In this document: in pieces, positions 48,445 through 57,712 of the stretch | How the letters are laid out: every line of letters starts with the position of its first letter | Numbering within the stretch: position 1 is the stretch's first letter | Source: Myxococcota bacterium | GTDB lineage: Bacteria > Myxococcota_A > UBA796 > GCA-2862545 | DNA: 64,000 nt | Direction: 5' to 3' | NCBI GenBank assembly: GCA_039208735.1 | Contig: JBCCQY010000014.1 | Location: forward strand, 1 to 64,000 | Notes under the pieces: generated by a model | Seen by the model: the letters and a program-made list of their open reading frames with translations, nothing else | Databases searched by the model: none | Told to the model about the DNA's origin: nothing | Position numbers and translations under genes: made by a program

Positions 48445-50154
48445 TCAAAACGACACGTCGAGACGGTACTGGTCGATTCCGAGCTCCGCGTCCAGCACGA
48501 CATACACCGTCCGCGTGAAGGGAGAGGGATTCGTGTAGGTGAGCGTCTCGTTTCCGAATGCCACACAACTTGCGGCAATGCTGCAGTTCGAAAGGATGTG
48601 GATCCCCGGCATCCCCGTTGAGCCAAAGGTGCTCACATCGAGCGATTGGCCGCCCGAAAGCTCGACGGCCACAATGCCTTCGCCGCCCTGCCGTTCGCCG
48701 CCACAAGGCCCGGCGTCGGGGTAGCTCGGCAGAAGATTGGCGTGGTCGAGCAGGCTGCCTTCGAAAAATCCGGGCCCCACAGGTCCTTGCTCGATCGCTT
48801 CGACGCACGAGTTGACGAGGACGTCGCCCCCCAACGCCCGACGCCGAATGTCGAGGGTAAAGTCGCCGGTTGCCTCACCCACCACATCCATCACGACGTA
48901 GACGCGAACGAGATCGGGCGACTCGTTGATCCAGGTGATGGTTTCGGGGCCTACGCCATCGGCGCCCACCAGGCAGGTCGCTTCGTCGTTGCAATCGGTG
49001 AGCAGGTACAGCGAGGCATCGGCGTCAGGAAGCTGGTAGCGCACCCGCAACTCATGTTGGGGTCGCACGTCCACCGGCACCAAGGACTCCCGACCCGACG
49101 CAGCCCGGCCCGTACAACCGGTGTCGGTCGGGTCGAGCGCTGCGCTGGTCGGTGCGAAACGGCCCTCGTAAAACCCATCGTCGATCCCAGCCGAGGTTTG
49201 GGCTTCCGCGCAGGTCGCATCCGGGAACAACGTCGTTCGGACCCCCACCGATCGCCAGAGACCCCGGATGCGCTGGTTCCGTTGCACCGTCACGAACGTG
49301 GTTCGCCCGCCCTGCTGCACTTCCGTGCGCGTCCAGCGACCCAGCATCAAGTCGACGACATCGCCGTCTGTGAGTCCCGCGCCCGAAAGGTCGAGGTCGT
49401 AGCTGCCGGTGTCCGCGAGTTTCTGGATGCGCCGTCGCGTAGGGGTCTCCACATAGAGGAACACCTCACCGGGCGCCCCGACCTGGACGGGACCATCCTC
49501 GCCTGCAGACTGGCCTGAACCGTTGGGATCTCCGGGCGCCCAGCGGAGAGGGATGCCGTCGGTATCGACGAAGTCTTGCTCGAACATCGGGTCGATGAGT
49601 CGCAACCCGATGGGGTCAGGCATCTCGATGACCGCCGGGGCATCGGTGGCCGGCCACACATCGCCCGTCAGGGTGAGGTCGATCGGCAACGGAGAGGTTT
49701 GGGTGCCCGTGATGATCTGGCTGTAGAACGCGAGGTTCGAGGTCGAATCAAAGAAGAACGGCGCGGACCAATTGCCGAGGGTCAACGTTGGGCCTGCCGA
49801 AACCGTGTCGATCGTCTCGAGCAACTTCGGCTCGAAGCCATCGACATCCACCGAAGCATTCACCACGTCGGGCAGGTCCTGCCGCAAGCAGAACTGCTGA
49901 CCGCCAAGGCACTGCGCCAGATTGCGGACCTCCGTGGGCGGTTGGGTAAAGACGCCCAGCACCCGCGTATCAGCTGCACCAATCACCGAGTCTCCGTTGA
50001 TCTCGATGACCACGTCGCCGAGCCCTGGCGTGCCGTCGGTCGTGGGCAAGCCGCCGGAGTCGGTCGTGCCATTTCCGTCGGGGGCCGGTCCTGTCCCCCC
50101 CGAGCAGGCGCTGAGCACACCGAGGAGGATCCCGAACCCGACTGCTTTCGTCAT
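48445..50154 (-). CDS. Cys-rich lipoprotein with two PPC-like repeats (paralog of 45787-47472)
   Basis: LSAC lipobox. Shares NLAQCL, LGRWTR, GCTG...ESLVPV and DASLYLL with the paralog. Confidence 0.7.
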   Translation of the reverse strand: MTKAVGFGILLGVLSACSGGTGPAPDGNGTTDSGGLPTTDGTPGLGDVVIEINGDSVIGAADTRVLGVFTQPPTEVRNLAQCLGGQQFCLRQDLPDVVNASVDVDGFEPKLLETIDTVSAGPTLTLGNWSAPFFFDSTSNLAFYSQIITGTQTSPLPIDLTLTGDVWPATDAPAVIEMPDPIGLRLIDPMFEQDFVDTDGIPLRWAPGDPNGSGQSAGEDGPVQVGAPGEVFLYVETPTRRRIQKLADTGSYDLDLSGAGLTDGDVVDLMLGRWTRTEVQQGGRTTFVTVQRNQRIRGLWRSVGVRTTLFPDATCAEAQTSAGIDDGFYEGRFAPTSAALDPTDTGCTGRAASGRESLVPVDVRPQHELRVRYQLPDADASLYLLTDCNDEATCLVGADGVGPETITWINESPDLVRVYVVMDVVGEATGDFTLDIRRRALGGDVLVNSCVEAIEQGPVGPGFFEGSLLDHANLLPSYPDAGPCGGERQGGEGIVAVELSGGQSLDVSTFGSTGMPGIHILSNCSIAASCVAFGNETLTYTNPSPFTRTVYVVLDAELGIDQYRLDVSF

Positions 50155-50231
50155 GATCTGCTCCTCGCAGCCTGCGCCTTGGCCAGGGTAACGTGCACGA
50201 GAGGCCACCCGCGCGGTCATTCGGGACCGAC

Positions 50232-52301
50232 CTACCCTCCGTTGCGGCGAGCGGGGAGACGGATGACGAATCGTGCTCCTCCGTCCACTCCATCGGTGCA
50301 CACAAGCGAGCCCTTGTGCGCTTCCACGATCTCACGGGCTTGGTTGAGGCCCAGGCCATGACCGCCCGAGGGACCCCGGTTGGGCCCTTCGATGCGAACG
50401 AAGCGATCAAAAATCGCCTTGCGCATGGCTTTCGGCACCCCAAGGCCGTTGTCAGCGACCGCAATTCGAATCTGACGGTTTTCCTGACTCAACTCGAGCC
50501 ACACCTGGGGGGCATCAGAGTCGGGCTTGCGGTACTTCAGCGCGTTGTCGAGCAGGATTCCGACCGCGTCACGCAGGGCCCCGGAGTCTCCAAGCACTTC
50601 ATCGGTGGGATGGAGATCGGCATGAAGCTTGACCCCCGCTTGCTCGAGTCGGGGGCCCCACTGGTCGATCGCTTCGAGAACGGATTCCTCTGGGTCGGTG
50701 GGCTCGGGTGACGGAATGGTCCGTTCACGGGCCACATCGAGCACCTCATCGACGCGGGCCTTGAGACGATCCGCCTCTTCGACGATGCGACGCGCCATTT
50801 CCTGACGCTGCTCATCGGTGCGGAACACGCCCGCTTCGAGGTTCTCCGCCATGACGCGAATGCCCGCAAGTGGCGTTTTCAGCTCGTGGGTGACGCGGGT
50901 GGTGAACGCCCGTTGACGATTGAGCAGTTCGTACTGACGGCGGGTAAAACGTTCCAAGGCTGCGAGGGCGGCAATGCCGAGCACCATGCAAATCCCCATG
51001 ATGCCGAAGGGGAGCAGCCAGTGTTCGGACCGCATTTGGGCCAGGCTATCGAGGGCCGCCTCGTTCACCCGGACTCGCAAATGCGTCAGCCCCTTAAACG
51101 GTGCGATCTCGACGTAGGCTTCGTTGGGGTGAGACGGTGCCCCCGTGACCCACTCTCCATCGGCGTTGGTGATGGTGATCTGGTGGCGATATTCCCTCGT
51201 TCCAGCGAGGAAATCTTTCAGGAGCAGCTGCTGTTCGATCTGGAACGCGGTGCCGTGCCCATTGGACCACCCAAAGAAAACGAGAAAGGGCGTGTCTGAG
51301 TACTGATCCCAGATGAACCTGGGTTTTTCGTCAGACTCCGGCATTTGGGTCGCGATTTTGTCTCGGATTTCGCGGAATGCGGCACGCCGCCGTTCCGCGC
51401 GGCCCCAAACCGTTTCGAGGCGACGAGCATCCTGGTGGCGTCCGTGGCGCAGGAGCTGATTGCGAATGTTGAACGTGTCGTCTTTGCCGCTGTACTGCGT
51501 GAGCAGACGCGAAGCCTCGGGAGCGTCGAGCTGCGTGATCTCGTAGCCAAGATCCCACATTCCCTGAAGACCATCCTCAAGGTGCTTTCGGCGTACTCCC
51601 TCCAGGAGGAGCCCATCATGGCCAAGGGCGATGCGCCGCATGGCGTCGCGGAACCGGTAGATGGCTAGGTTTGTCGGCGGAATCTCGCGCCTTGCCGCCT
51701 CTGCGAGCGACATGGACGGGTCGATCCGCATTGCTTCCATGGCGGCCAAGGCCTGCGCAGGATGGGTCTCCCGTAGGAAATAGTCGGCTTCTGTGGCGGC
51801 ATAGATCCGCACGAGGGGCGCTTCGTTCTGGCAACCGAGGACAAACCGTTCGGCAATCTTCGTGTCATTGTCGAGACTCGGCTCGAGGGACCGCGCCAAC
51901 CAATGCGCCTCCCGAACGCAGGGGACTTGCCCCAGGTCCGCAGGGCGAACCGGTGCTACCGGGTAGACCCATTCCGCAGGTTGAGTCTCGGTCCGAACAC
52001 GCCAAACGTACAAGCTGTCGAACCAACGACGGGTCTTACGAAGGCGACTCTGGCGATGCCGCGCTTGCTTGGGGCTGGTGGGGGGCGCCTCGATGTGGTC
52101 GGTGAGCGCCTTGATCTTGTCCTCTTCCCACGCGGCGGCGTACTCCTCAACCATGGTGACGGTCCGCTCGCGTTCCTGTTCCCACGCCAAGTCACGCAAC
52201 GTGGCCATTCGCCACGCGGCAATCGTCACCGTCATCAAGAACGCCGCCCCCACCACGAAGGGAAGGGCACGTCGAGCGGCGGAAGGTCGGAGCTCACCCA
52301 T
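50232..52301 (-). CDS. Membrane sensor histidine kinase
   Basis: Two TM segments around a large periplasmic domain. H-box THELKTPL, N-box LLDNALKY, DNGLG and GHGLGL. Confidence 0.93.
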   Translation of the reverse strand: MGELRPSAARRALPFVVGAAFLMTVTIAAWRMATLRDLAWEQERERTVTMVEEYAAAWEEDKIKALTDHIEAPPTSPKQARHRQSRLRKTRRWFDSLYVWRVRTETQPAEWVYPVAPVRPADLGQVPCVREAHWLARSLEPSLDNDTKIAERFVLGCQNEAPLVRIYAATEADYFLRETHPAQALAAMEAMRIDPSMSLAEAARREIPPTNLAIYRFRDAMRRIALGHDGLLLEGVRRKHLEDGLQGMWDLGYEITQLDAPEASRLLTQYSGKDDTFNIRNQLLRHGRHQDARRLETVWGRAERRRAAFREIRDKIATQMPESDEKPRFIWDQYSDTPFLVFFGWSNGHGTAFQIEQQLLLKDFLAGTREYRHQITITNADGEWVTGAPSHPNEAYVEIAPFKGLTHLRVRVNEAALDSLAQMRSEHWLLPFGIMGICMVLGIAALAALERFTRRQYELLNRQRAFTTRVTHELKTPLAGIRVMAENLEAGVFRTDEQRQEMARRIVEEADRLKARVDEVLDVARERTIPSPEPTDPEESVLEAIDQWGPRLEQAGVKLHADLHPTDEVLGDSGALRDAVGILLDNALKYRKPDSDAPQVWLELSQENRQIRIAVADNGLGVPKAMRKAIFDRFVRIEGPNRGPSGGHGLGLNQAREIVEAHKGSLVCTDGVDGGARFVIRLPARRNGG

Positions 52302-52404
52302 GTTCCCTCTCTATCCCGGGGGCCACTTCGGATTGTCATGGCTTGACGGAGCCTGTCGATGGGGTGACGCTCGTGGCCAGAACCACGTTCCGGAGGGGTT
52401 CGAG

Positions 52405-53649
52405 ATGGTGCGCAGCGGTTGGGTCTCATGGTGGGTAGGATTGGCCCTCGGATGTGGGTCTTCGACTCCGTCAGAGCCGGCTCCAGTGGAACCCGAAGCG
52501 CCGGCCGCAAAGGCCGTTGAGGGACCGCAGCCCGTGTTGTTCATGGTGCAAGCGCAGTTCCTGCCGACCAACAAGCCTGGGCCTGCCAAAGGCGTCTTCT
52601 ACCGTAAAGACGGCGACTTCTGGACGTCTGACGTGCTGGAAGACCCCGACTCCAACGTGTGGCACAAGGCCATGTTTTGGCGTGACGGCATCCTGACGAT
52701 TGGGGCGCAGCGGGCGTTGCTCAAGCATTGGACGAAGCAGGGCGACAAGTGGGAGGCCAAGACGCTGTACGAAGCCACGTTTGGGGGCACGTATGATCGC
52801 TTTCGCGACGTCGAGATCGGGGACGTCGATGGCGATGGCCAGGATGAGATCGTGCTGGCCACCCACGATGCAGGCGTCGTCGCGGTGGGAGACGAGCAGG
52901 TTGATGGCAAGTGGGTCTTTCAGCAGTTCGACAAGACCCCGGACACCTTCGTTCATGAGGTCGAAATCGGCGATGTCGATGGCGACGGCAAGAACGAGTT
53001 CTACGTGACGCCCTCGGAGCGCAACAAGGCCAACGGGGCCTCGCAGCCTGGCGGGGTGTTTCGCTACGATCACCAGCCGGACGGGACCTACGCCCGGCGG
53101 CCGGTGGTGCAGTACGACAAGACCCACGCCAAAGAGATTCTGGTCACCGATCTCGATGCCGACGGCACCGATGAACTCTACGTGGTCAAGGAAGGCGTGA
53201 CCACGGTGTCGCCGACGAAGATGACCCTCGAAGAGCCAGTCGCCATCGAGCGATTCGTGGCGGGTGAAGGTCAGGCCCTCGTAGGCACGGTCATTGGGGA
53301 ATTGCCGGGCGAGGCACAGTGCCGCTTCCTTGTGGCGGGCGACGTCAATCACGACGGGAAGGCCGAGCTTGTGGCCGCGAGTAAAGGAACCGGCCTGTGG
53401 CTTCTCGAATCGGGGCCAGACGCCTTCACCACAACGAAGATCGCCGAAAACACCGGCGGATTCGAGCACGCCACGCACCTCGCGGACCTCGACAACGATG
53501 GCAAGCTTGAGATCTACGCGGCGTCCGAGATGCGCCGGCACCGCTTGTTGCGCCGCTACGTCTTCGATGGCGAGCGCTATGTACCCACGGTGATCGCGCC
53601 CATCCCGGAGCGCCACATCACCTGGAACCTCGCGGACGGTACGCTGTAG
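52405..53649 (+). CDS. FG-GAP/VCBS repeat lipoprotein
   Basis: LALGC lipobox. Repeats GDVDGDGQDEI, GDVDGDGKNEF, DLDADGTDEL, GDVNHDGKAEL and ADLDNDGKLEI. Confidence 0.85.
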   Translation: MVRSGWVSWWVGLALGCGSSTPSEPAPVEPEAPAAKAVEGPQPVLFMVQAQFLPTNKPGPAKGVFYRKDGDFWTSDVLEDPDSNVWHKAMFWRDGILTIGAQRALLKHWTKQGDKWEAKTLYEATFGGTYDRFRDVEIGDVDGDGQDEIVLATHDAGVVAVGDEQVDGKWVFQQFDKTPDTFVHEVEIGDVDGDGKNEFYVTPSERNKANGASQPGGVFRYDHQPDGTYARRPVVQYDKTHAKEILVTDLDADGTDELYVVKEGVTTVSPTKMTLEEPVAIERFVAGEGQALVGTVIGELPGEAQCRFLVAGDVNHDGKAELVAASKGTGLWLLESGPDAFTTTKIAENTGGFEHATHLADLDNDGKLEIYAASEMRRHRLLRRYVFDGERYVPTVIAPIPERHITWNLADGTL

Positions 53650-53654
53650 TCTGC

Positions 53655-54173
53655 ATGAGCAATCCCCCGCCGAACTACATCACGCCCTACGGCCTCGAGC
53701 GAATGCGTCGTGAACTCGCATGGCTCGACCACGAGGAGCGTCCACGGGTCGTCGCCGAGGTGAGCTACGCCGCCTCGTTGGGCGATCGGTCCGAGAATGC
53801 CGAGTACATCTACGGCAAGAAGCGGCTGCGAGCCATCGACCGACGACGGGAGTTCCTGTTGCGTCGCCTCCGGGCGGCCCGCCCCGTCGACCCCGTCGAC
53901 CTTTCGGGTGAAATTGTGCGGTTTGGGGCGACGGTGGTGATCGAGGACGAACAAGGCCAGGAGCAGACCTGGCGGATCTACGGCGAAGACGAGGTCGACG
54001 TGGCCAGCGGAATCATCAGCTGGCGTTCGCCCATCGCTCGCGCGCTCCTCAACAAGTCCGTCGGGGAAGTCGCCAAAGTGCGCGCTCCTTCGGGCGATCG
54101 TGAGGTCGAGATTCTTGAGGTGCGGTACGAGCCCGTGCCGGAACTCCCCGAAAACCTGGATTTCGGAACCTGA
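53655..54173 (+). CDS. greB: Transcription elongation factor GreB
   Basis: Motifs NYITPYG, GDRSENAEYIYGKKRLRAIDRR and ISWRSPIARAL. Confidence 0.95.
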   Translation: MSNPPPNYITPYGLERMRRELAWLDHEERPRVVAEVSYAASLGDRSENAEYIYGKKRLRAIDRRREFLLRRLRAARPVDPVDLSGEIVRFGATVVIEDEQGQEQTWRIYGEDEVDVASGIISWRSPIARALLNKSVGEVAKVRAPSGDREVEILEVRYEPVPELPENLDFGT

Positions 54174-54276
54174 AGCACGCCTGTGGTGGGTCTCGTGACG
54201 GAACGAGGCGCGCGTTGACGTTTCGCGATTGGTCGATCCCCGGGTCGGCCACGCAGATTCGATCAGGAGGCACCCG

Positions 54277-54933
54277 ATGGCCCTCGGTCTGACCGCGCTA
54301 CTGCTTGCTGCTCTTTCCGGGATTCGAACTTGGTTTCCCCTCTGGTTGGTGGCCTTCGCGGCCTGGGTCGGGCTCAGCGCATCGTCCTATGCGGGAGGCA
54401 GCCTCGGCCAGGTGGGCATTGTCGGAGCGTTGACGGTCCTTTGGGCAGCCGAGATCGGAGCCGACAAGGTGATTGGACTGGATCATCGCCTGCAGTCCGT
54501 CGGCATCTTGCTCAAGCCGATCGTCGCCACCTTTGTGGCCGTAGTGGCGTGGCCCGAGGTCTCGCCGTTGCTCGCGGGCATGGTCGGCGCGGTCGTAGGC
54601 GGCGTGTCAGCCGCGGGCCTGGCCGTCGCGAAGGGTCGGCTTCGACGATTCGCTACGGCCCATCTGCCGGGTTGGGGCAACGTGCTCGTGTCGGCCGGTG
54701 AAGACGTCTTCGTGGTGGTCATGGGCATCCTCGCCCTCGTGGCACCCGTCGCCGCGCTGGTCTGGGGCGCCGTCAGCGTGGTGTCGGTAGGGACGCTGGT
54801 GCGGCTCGCCGGGTCAGCCGTCTCCGTTGAGGAGTTGGAGCGCGAGGTCCCGGATCTCGGGGTCCTGATGGCGGCGCAGCCACCGCAAGCGCGGGGCGAG
54901 GTTGGGATCTGGTCGGCGCGCCATCATCTGTAG
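54277..54933 (+). CDS. DUF4126 family membrane protein
   Basis: LSGIRTWFPL, EIGADKVIGLDH and VSAGED. Multiple TM segments. Confidence 0.75.
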   Translation: MALGLTALLLAALSGIRTWFPLWLVAFAAWVGLSASSYAGGSLGQVGIVGALTVLWAAEIGADKVIGLDHRLQSVGILLKPIVATFVAVVAWPEVSPLLAGMVGAVVGGVSAAGLAVAKGRLRRFATAHLPGWGNVLVSAGEDVFVVVMGILALVAPVAALVWGAVSVVSVGTLVRLAGSAVSVEELEREVPDLGVLMAAQPPQARGEVGIWSARHHL

Positions 54934-56124
54934 GGCCAGCACGACCCGATCCCGATCGGTCCCTTCGTGAGAAGGACCGCGAATCCACGACAGGATTCGA
55001 GTGTCCTTCAGTGAGTCGAGCACCTCCGCCCAAGGGGCTGCGGTCCACGCCGGATCTTCGAGCAAGATTTGCTGCAATGTCTCGGATCGTGCTTGCCAAT
55101 GGGGCTGGGCCAAGAATGCACGGAGGCGTCGGTCTCCATTGGGTTCGGGGGCATCGTCAGGTACAGGGTCGCTTTCGAGGAACCGGAGCTGCTCGTAAGC
55201 CGGGTGTTGATCCGCCCGTTGCTCCGCTTGCTGGGCCAGCAACGGCACCACAAGTTCCTGGGCGAGCTGTTCAAGGGCAGGACCGAACGGAATGTTGCGC
55301 AGCAGCTCCAGGGTGGCCCCCGAGACCGTGGCGTAGTCTGGCCGCATGGCGGGGTCGTAGGCGGTCATCCCTTCGATGAGGTCGACGAGCGTGCGGGTGG
55401 CACGCAGATCGAATCCCGGGGGCCGTAGCCGCATCAGGTGTCGCTGAACGCTCGCTTCGTAGCCCTTGCGGTACAGCGAAACGCCAATGCGGTCGCCTGA
55501 CAACAGCTCGTAGGCCACACAACCCAGGGCAAAGATGTCGCCTGCGGGAGAGTCAGGCGCTCCATCGAAGCGTTCAGGCGCCACGTAGCCATCCGCACCA
55601 AGGACCACCGACACGGTTTCGGACTCCTTTCCCGCGAAGTCTCCCTTGGCGATCCCAAAGTCCACGAGTTTCACGGTGCCATCGACGGCCATCAGCAGGT
55701 TGGAGGGTTTCACGTCACGGTGGATCACTGCCATTGCCTTGCCGGTTTGGGGATCGATGGTGGCGTAGGCGACCTGAAGGGCCTCGACGGTCGTCCGAAG
55801 GATCTCGATGACGTCCGGAGCCGGGAGGTGCCGGTCCGGCGCCTGGTTGACGACCGCATCGAGAGGCGCCCCCCGAACCCACTCGAGCAAGAGCACGGGC
55901 TGGCCTTCGATCTCCCGAATCTCGTGGATGCCCACGATGTGGGGATGATCGAGTCGGGAAAGCATCGCCGCCTCGTCCCGAATCCGCCGTTCAATCTTCG
56001 GATTGTGGATGTGGGACGGTCGCAACACCTTTGCGGCAAACAGACGGTCTGTGACGGCATCGCGCACGACGCAGACGTGACCGAAGGTGCCCGAAGCGAG
56101 AATCTGGACGATCTGGAGGCCCAT
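54814..56124 (-). CDS. Hanks-type Ser/Thr protein kinase
   Basis: Motifs SGTFGHV, AAK, HRDVKPSN, DFG and YVAPE. Confidence 0.93.
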   Translation of the reverse strand: MGLQIVQILASGTFGHVCVVRDAVTDRLFAAKVLRPSHIHNPKIERRIRDEAAMLSRLDHPHIVGIHEIREIEGQPVLLLEWVRGAPLDAVVNQAPDRHLPAPDVIEILRTTVEALQVAYATIDPQTGKAMAVIHRDVKPSNLLMAVDGTVKLVDFGIAKGDFAGKESETVSVVLGADGYVAPERFDGAPDSPAGDIFALGCVAYELLSGDRIGVSLYRKGYEASVQRHLMRLRPPGFDLRATRTLVDLIEGMTAYDPAMRPDYATVSGATLELLRNIPFGPALEQLAQELVVPLLAQQAEQRADQHPAYEQLRFLESDPVPDDAPEPNGDRRLRAFLAQPHWQARSETLQQILLEDPAWTAAPWAEVLDSLKDTRILSWIRGPSHEGTDRDRVVLALQMMARRPDPNLAPRLRWLRRHQDPEIRDLALQLLNGDG

Positions 56125-56172
56125 TCTGCACGGCTGTTATCCGGTGTGGGTCTTGCCAGACGGGATCCCACG

Positions 56173-57675
56173 ATGTCCTGGCTCCGCCGTACCCTGCACG
56201 ACGCCTTTCACCGCCCAGATTCGACGGCTGGCCGTCGTGTCGACGCCATCGTTTGGTTGTTGATCATCGCGTCGACGATCCTATTAGCCATCGATCTGAC
56301 GCTGCCGGCCTACCTCCTCAAACCGCTCGAGTTCCTGCAGCAAGCCGACAATGTGATCCTCGGACTGTTCGCGGTTGAACTGGCACTTCGAGTTCTGACC
56401 TACCGACCGGCCGCTCTCGATTTTTGGCGTATGCCTTGGTACCGCCGGCTTCAGGTTCACTTCTTCGAACGTGTGCGCTTCTGCCTGCGACCGATGATCC
56501 TCATCGACATTCTCACCGTGTTGGGTGGGGTGCCGGAACTCCGAGGGCTGCGGGCGCTTCGCTTGCTTCGTTTGCTTCGCAGCCGCCGCATCTTCCGATA
56601 CGCTAATCCCTTCGGAGGCATCGCCCGTGCGTTCGAAGAGAACCGACTGTTGTACCTGTTGGGACTCTCGATCTTCGGCATTGCCGTGTTGCTCGGCGGG
56701 GTGTCGTTTTACCTCACCGAGCAGCCTCATAACGAGCGCATCACGGATCTTCCCGACGCATTGTGGTGGTCGATCGTCACGATCACCACGGTTGGCTACG
56801 GCGACCTCACCCCAGTGACCAACGTGGGCCGTGTGGTTGCGGGCAGCCTCATGATGGTCGGCATGATCACGTTGGCCCTGTTTGCCGGCATCGTCGGGTC
56901 TACGCTGATGAGCAGCGTGCTGTCGATGCGCGAGGAGTCCTTTCGCATGAGCAACTACCTCGATCACATCGTCGTGTGTGGCTACGACGCCGGCACGCGC
57001 ATGCTCCTCGACACCATGAGCGAGGAACTCGATCTCGACAAGCATCCGGTGGTGATCTTTGCGCCTTACCCGCGCCCCCCCGACATTCCATCCGAGTTCT
57101 TTTGGATGCAGGGGGATCCCACAAAGGAAAGCGAACTCGAGAAGATTCGGCTCGCCTACGCCGATGCCGCCATCGTGGTGGGCACGCGGGACTCCATCCC
57201 CCAACAAGCCGATGCCCACACGATCCTCGTGACATTCACGATCCGCCGCTACCTCAAACGTCGCGAGCCCCTCACCGCCCAGCGCAAACGTCCGCTCTAC
57301 CTGGTGGCCGAGATCCTCGACGCCGAGAATGTCGAGCACGCACGAACGGCAGGGGCGGACGAGGTGATTCAAACCACCCGAATGGGCTTTTCGCTCCTCG
57401 CCCACGCGGTTGAGGTCCACGGAACGGCCACTCTGGTCGGAGAGTTGGCCGATGTGTCAGGTAATTCCCTGTTTGTTGGCCAGTGGCCTGCCTCGGTGCC
57501 TGAGCCTTGGACGTTCGACACCGTGTCGCGCGCCCTCAAGGACCAGTTCGGCGTGTTGGCGGTCGGGGTTCGGTCGCCCGAAGACGGAGACATGCTCAAT
57601 CCGCATCGAGACCTGCCCCTGACTCGACATCACCATGTCATCTACATGGCCACGAAGCCTGTATTGCCCGGGTAG
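56173..57675 (+). CDS. Potassium channel with voltage-sensor-like S4 and RCK/TrkA-N domain
   Basis: S4-like RGLRALRLLRLLRSRR, selectivity filter TTVGYGD, and HIVVCG...GDPT...AGADEVI. Confidence 0.92.
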   Translation: MSWLRRTLHDAFHRPDSTAGRRVDAIVWLLIIASTILLAIDLTLPAYLLKPLEFLQQADNVILGLFAVELALRVLTYRPAALDFWRMPWYRRLQVHFFERVRFCLRPMILIDILTVLGGVPELRGLRALRLLRLLRSRRIFRYANPFGGIARAFEENRLLYLLGLSIFGIAVLLGGVSFYLTEQPHNERITDLPDALWWSIVTITTVGYGDLTPVTNVGRVVAGSLMMVGMITLALFAGIVGSTLMSSVLSMREESFRMSNYLDHIVVCGYDAGTRMLLDTMSEELDLDKHPVVIFAPYPRPPDIPSEFFWMQGDPTKESELEKIRLAYADAAIVVGTRDSIPQQADAHTILVTFTIRRYLKRREPLTAQRKRPLYLVAEILDAENVEHARTAGADEVIQTTRMGFSLLAHAVEVHGTATLVGELADVSGNSLFVGQWPASVPEPWTFDTVSRALKDQFGVLAVGVRSPEDGDMLNPHRDLPLTRHHHVIYMATKPVLPG

Positions 57676-57712
57676 GTTCGCGAAACGAGGGCCCACGGAC
57701 TACGATTGCTGC

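Noticed and set aside
55720..56172. N-terminal extension of the K+ channel ORF
   Set aside because: Antisense to the kinase. The plausible start is 56173.
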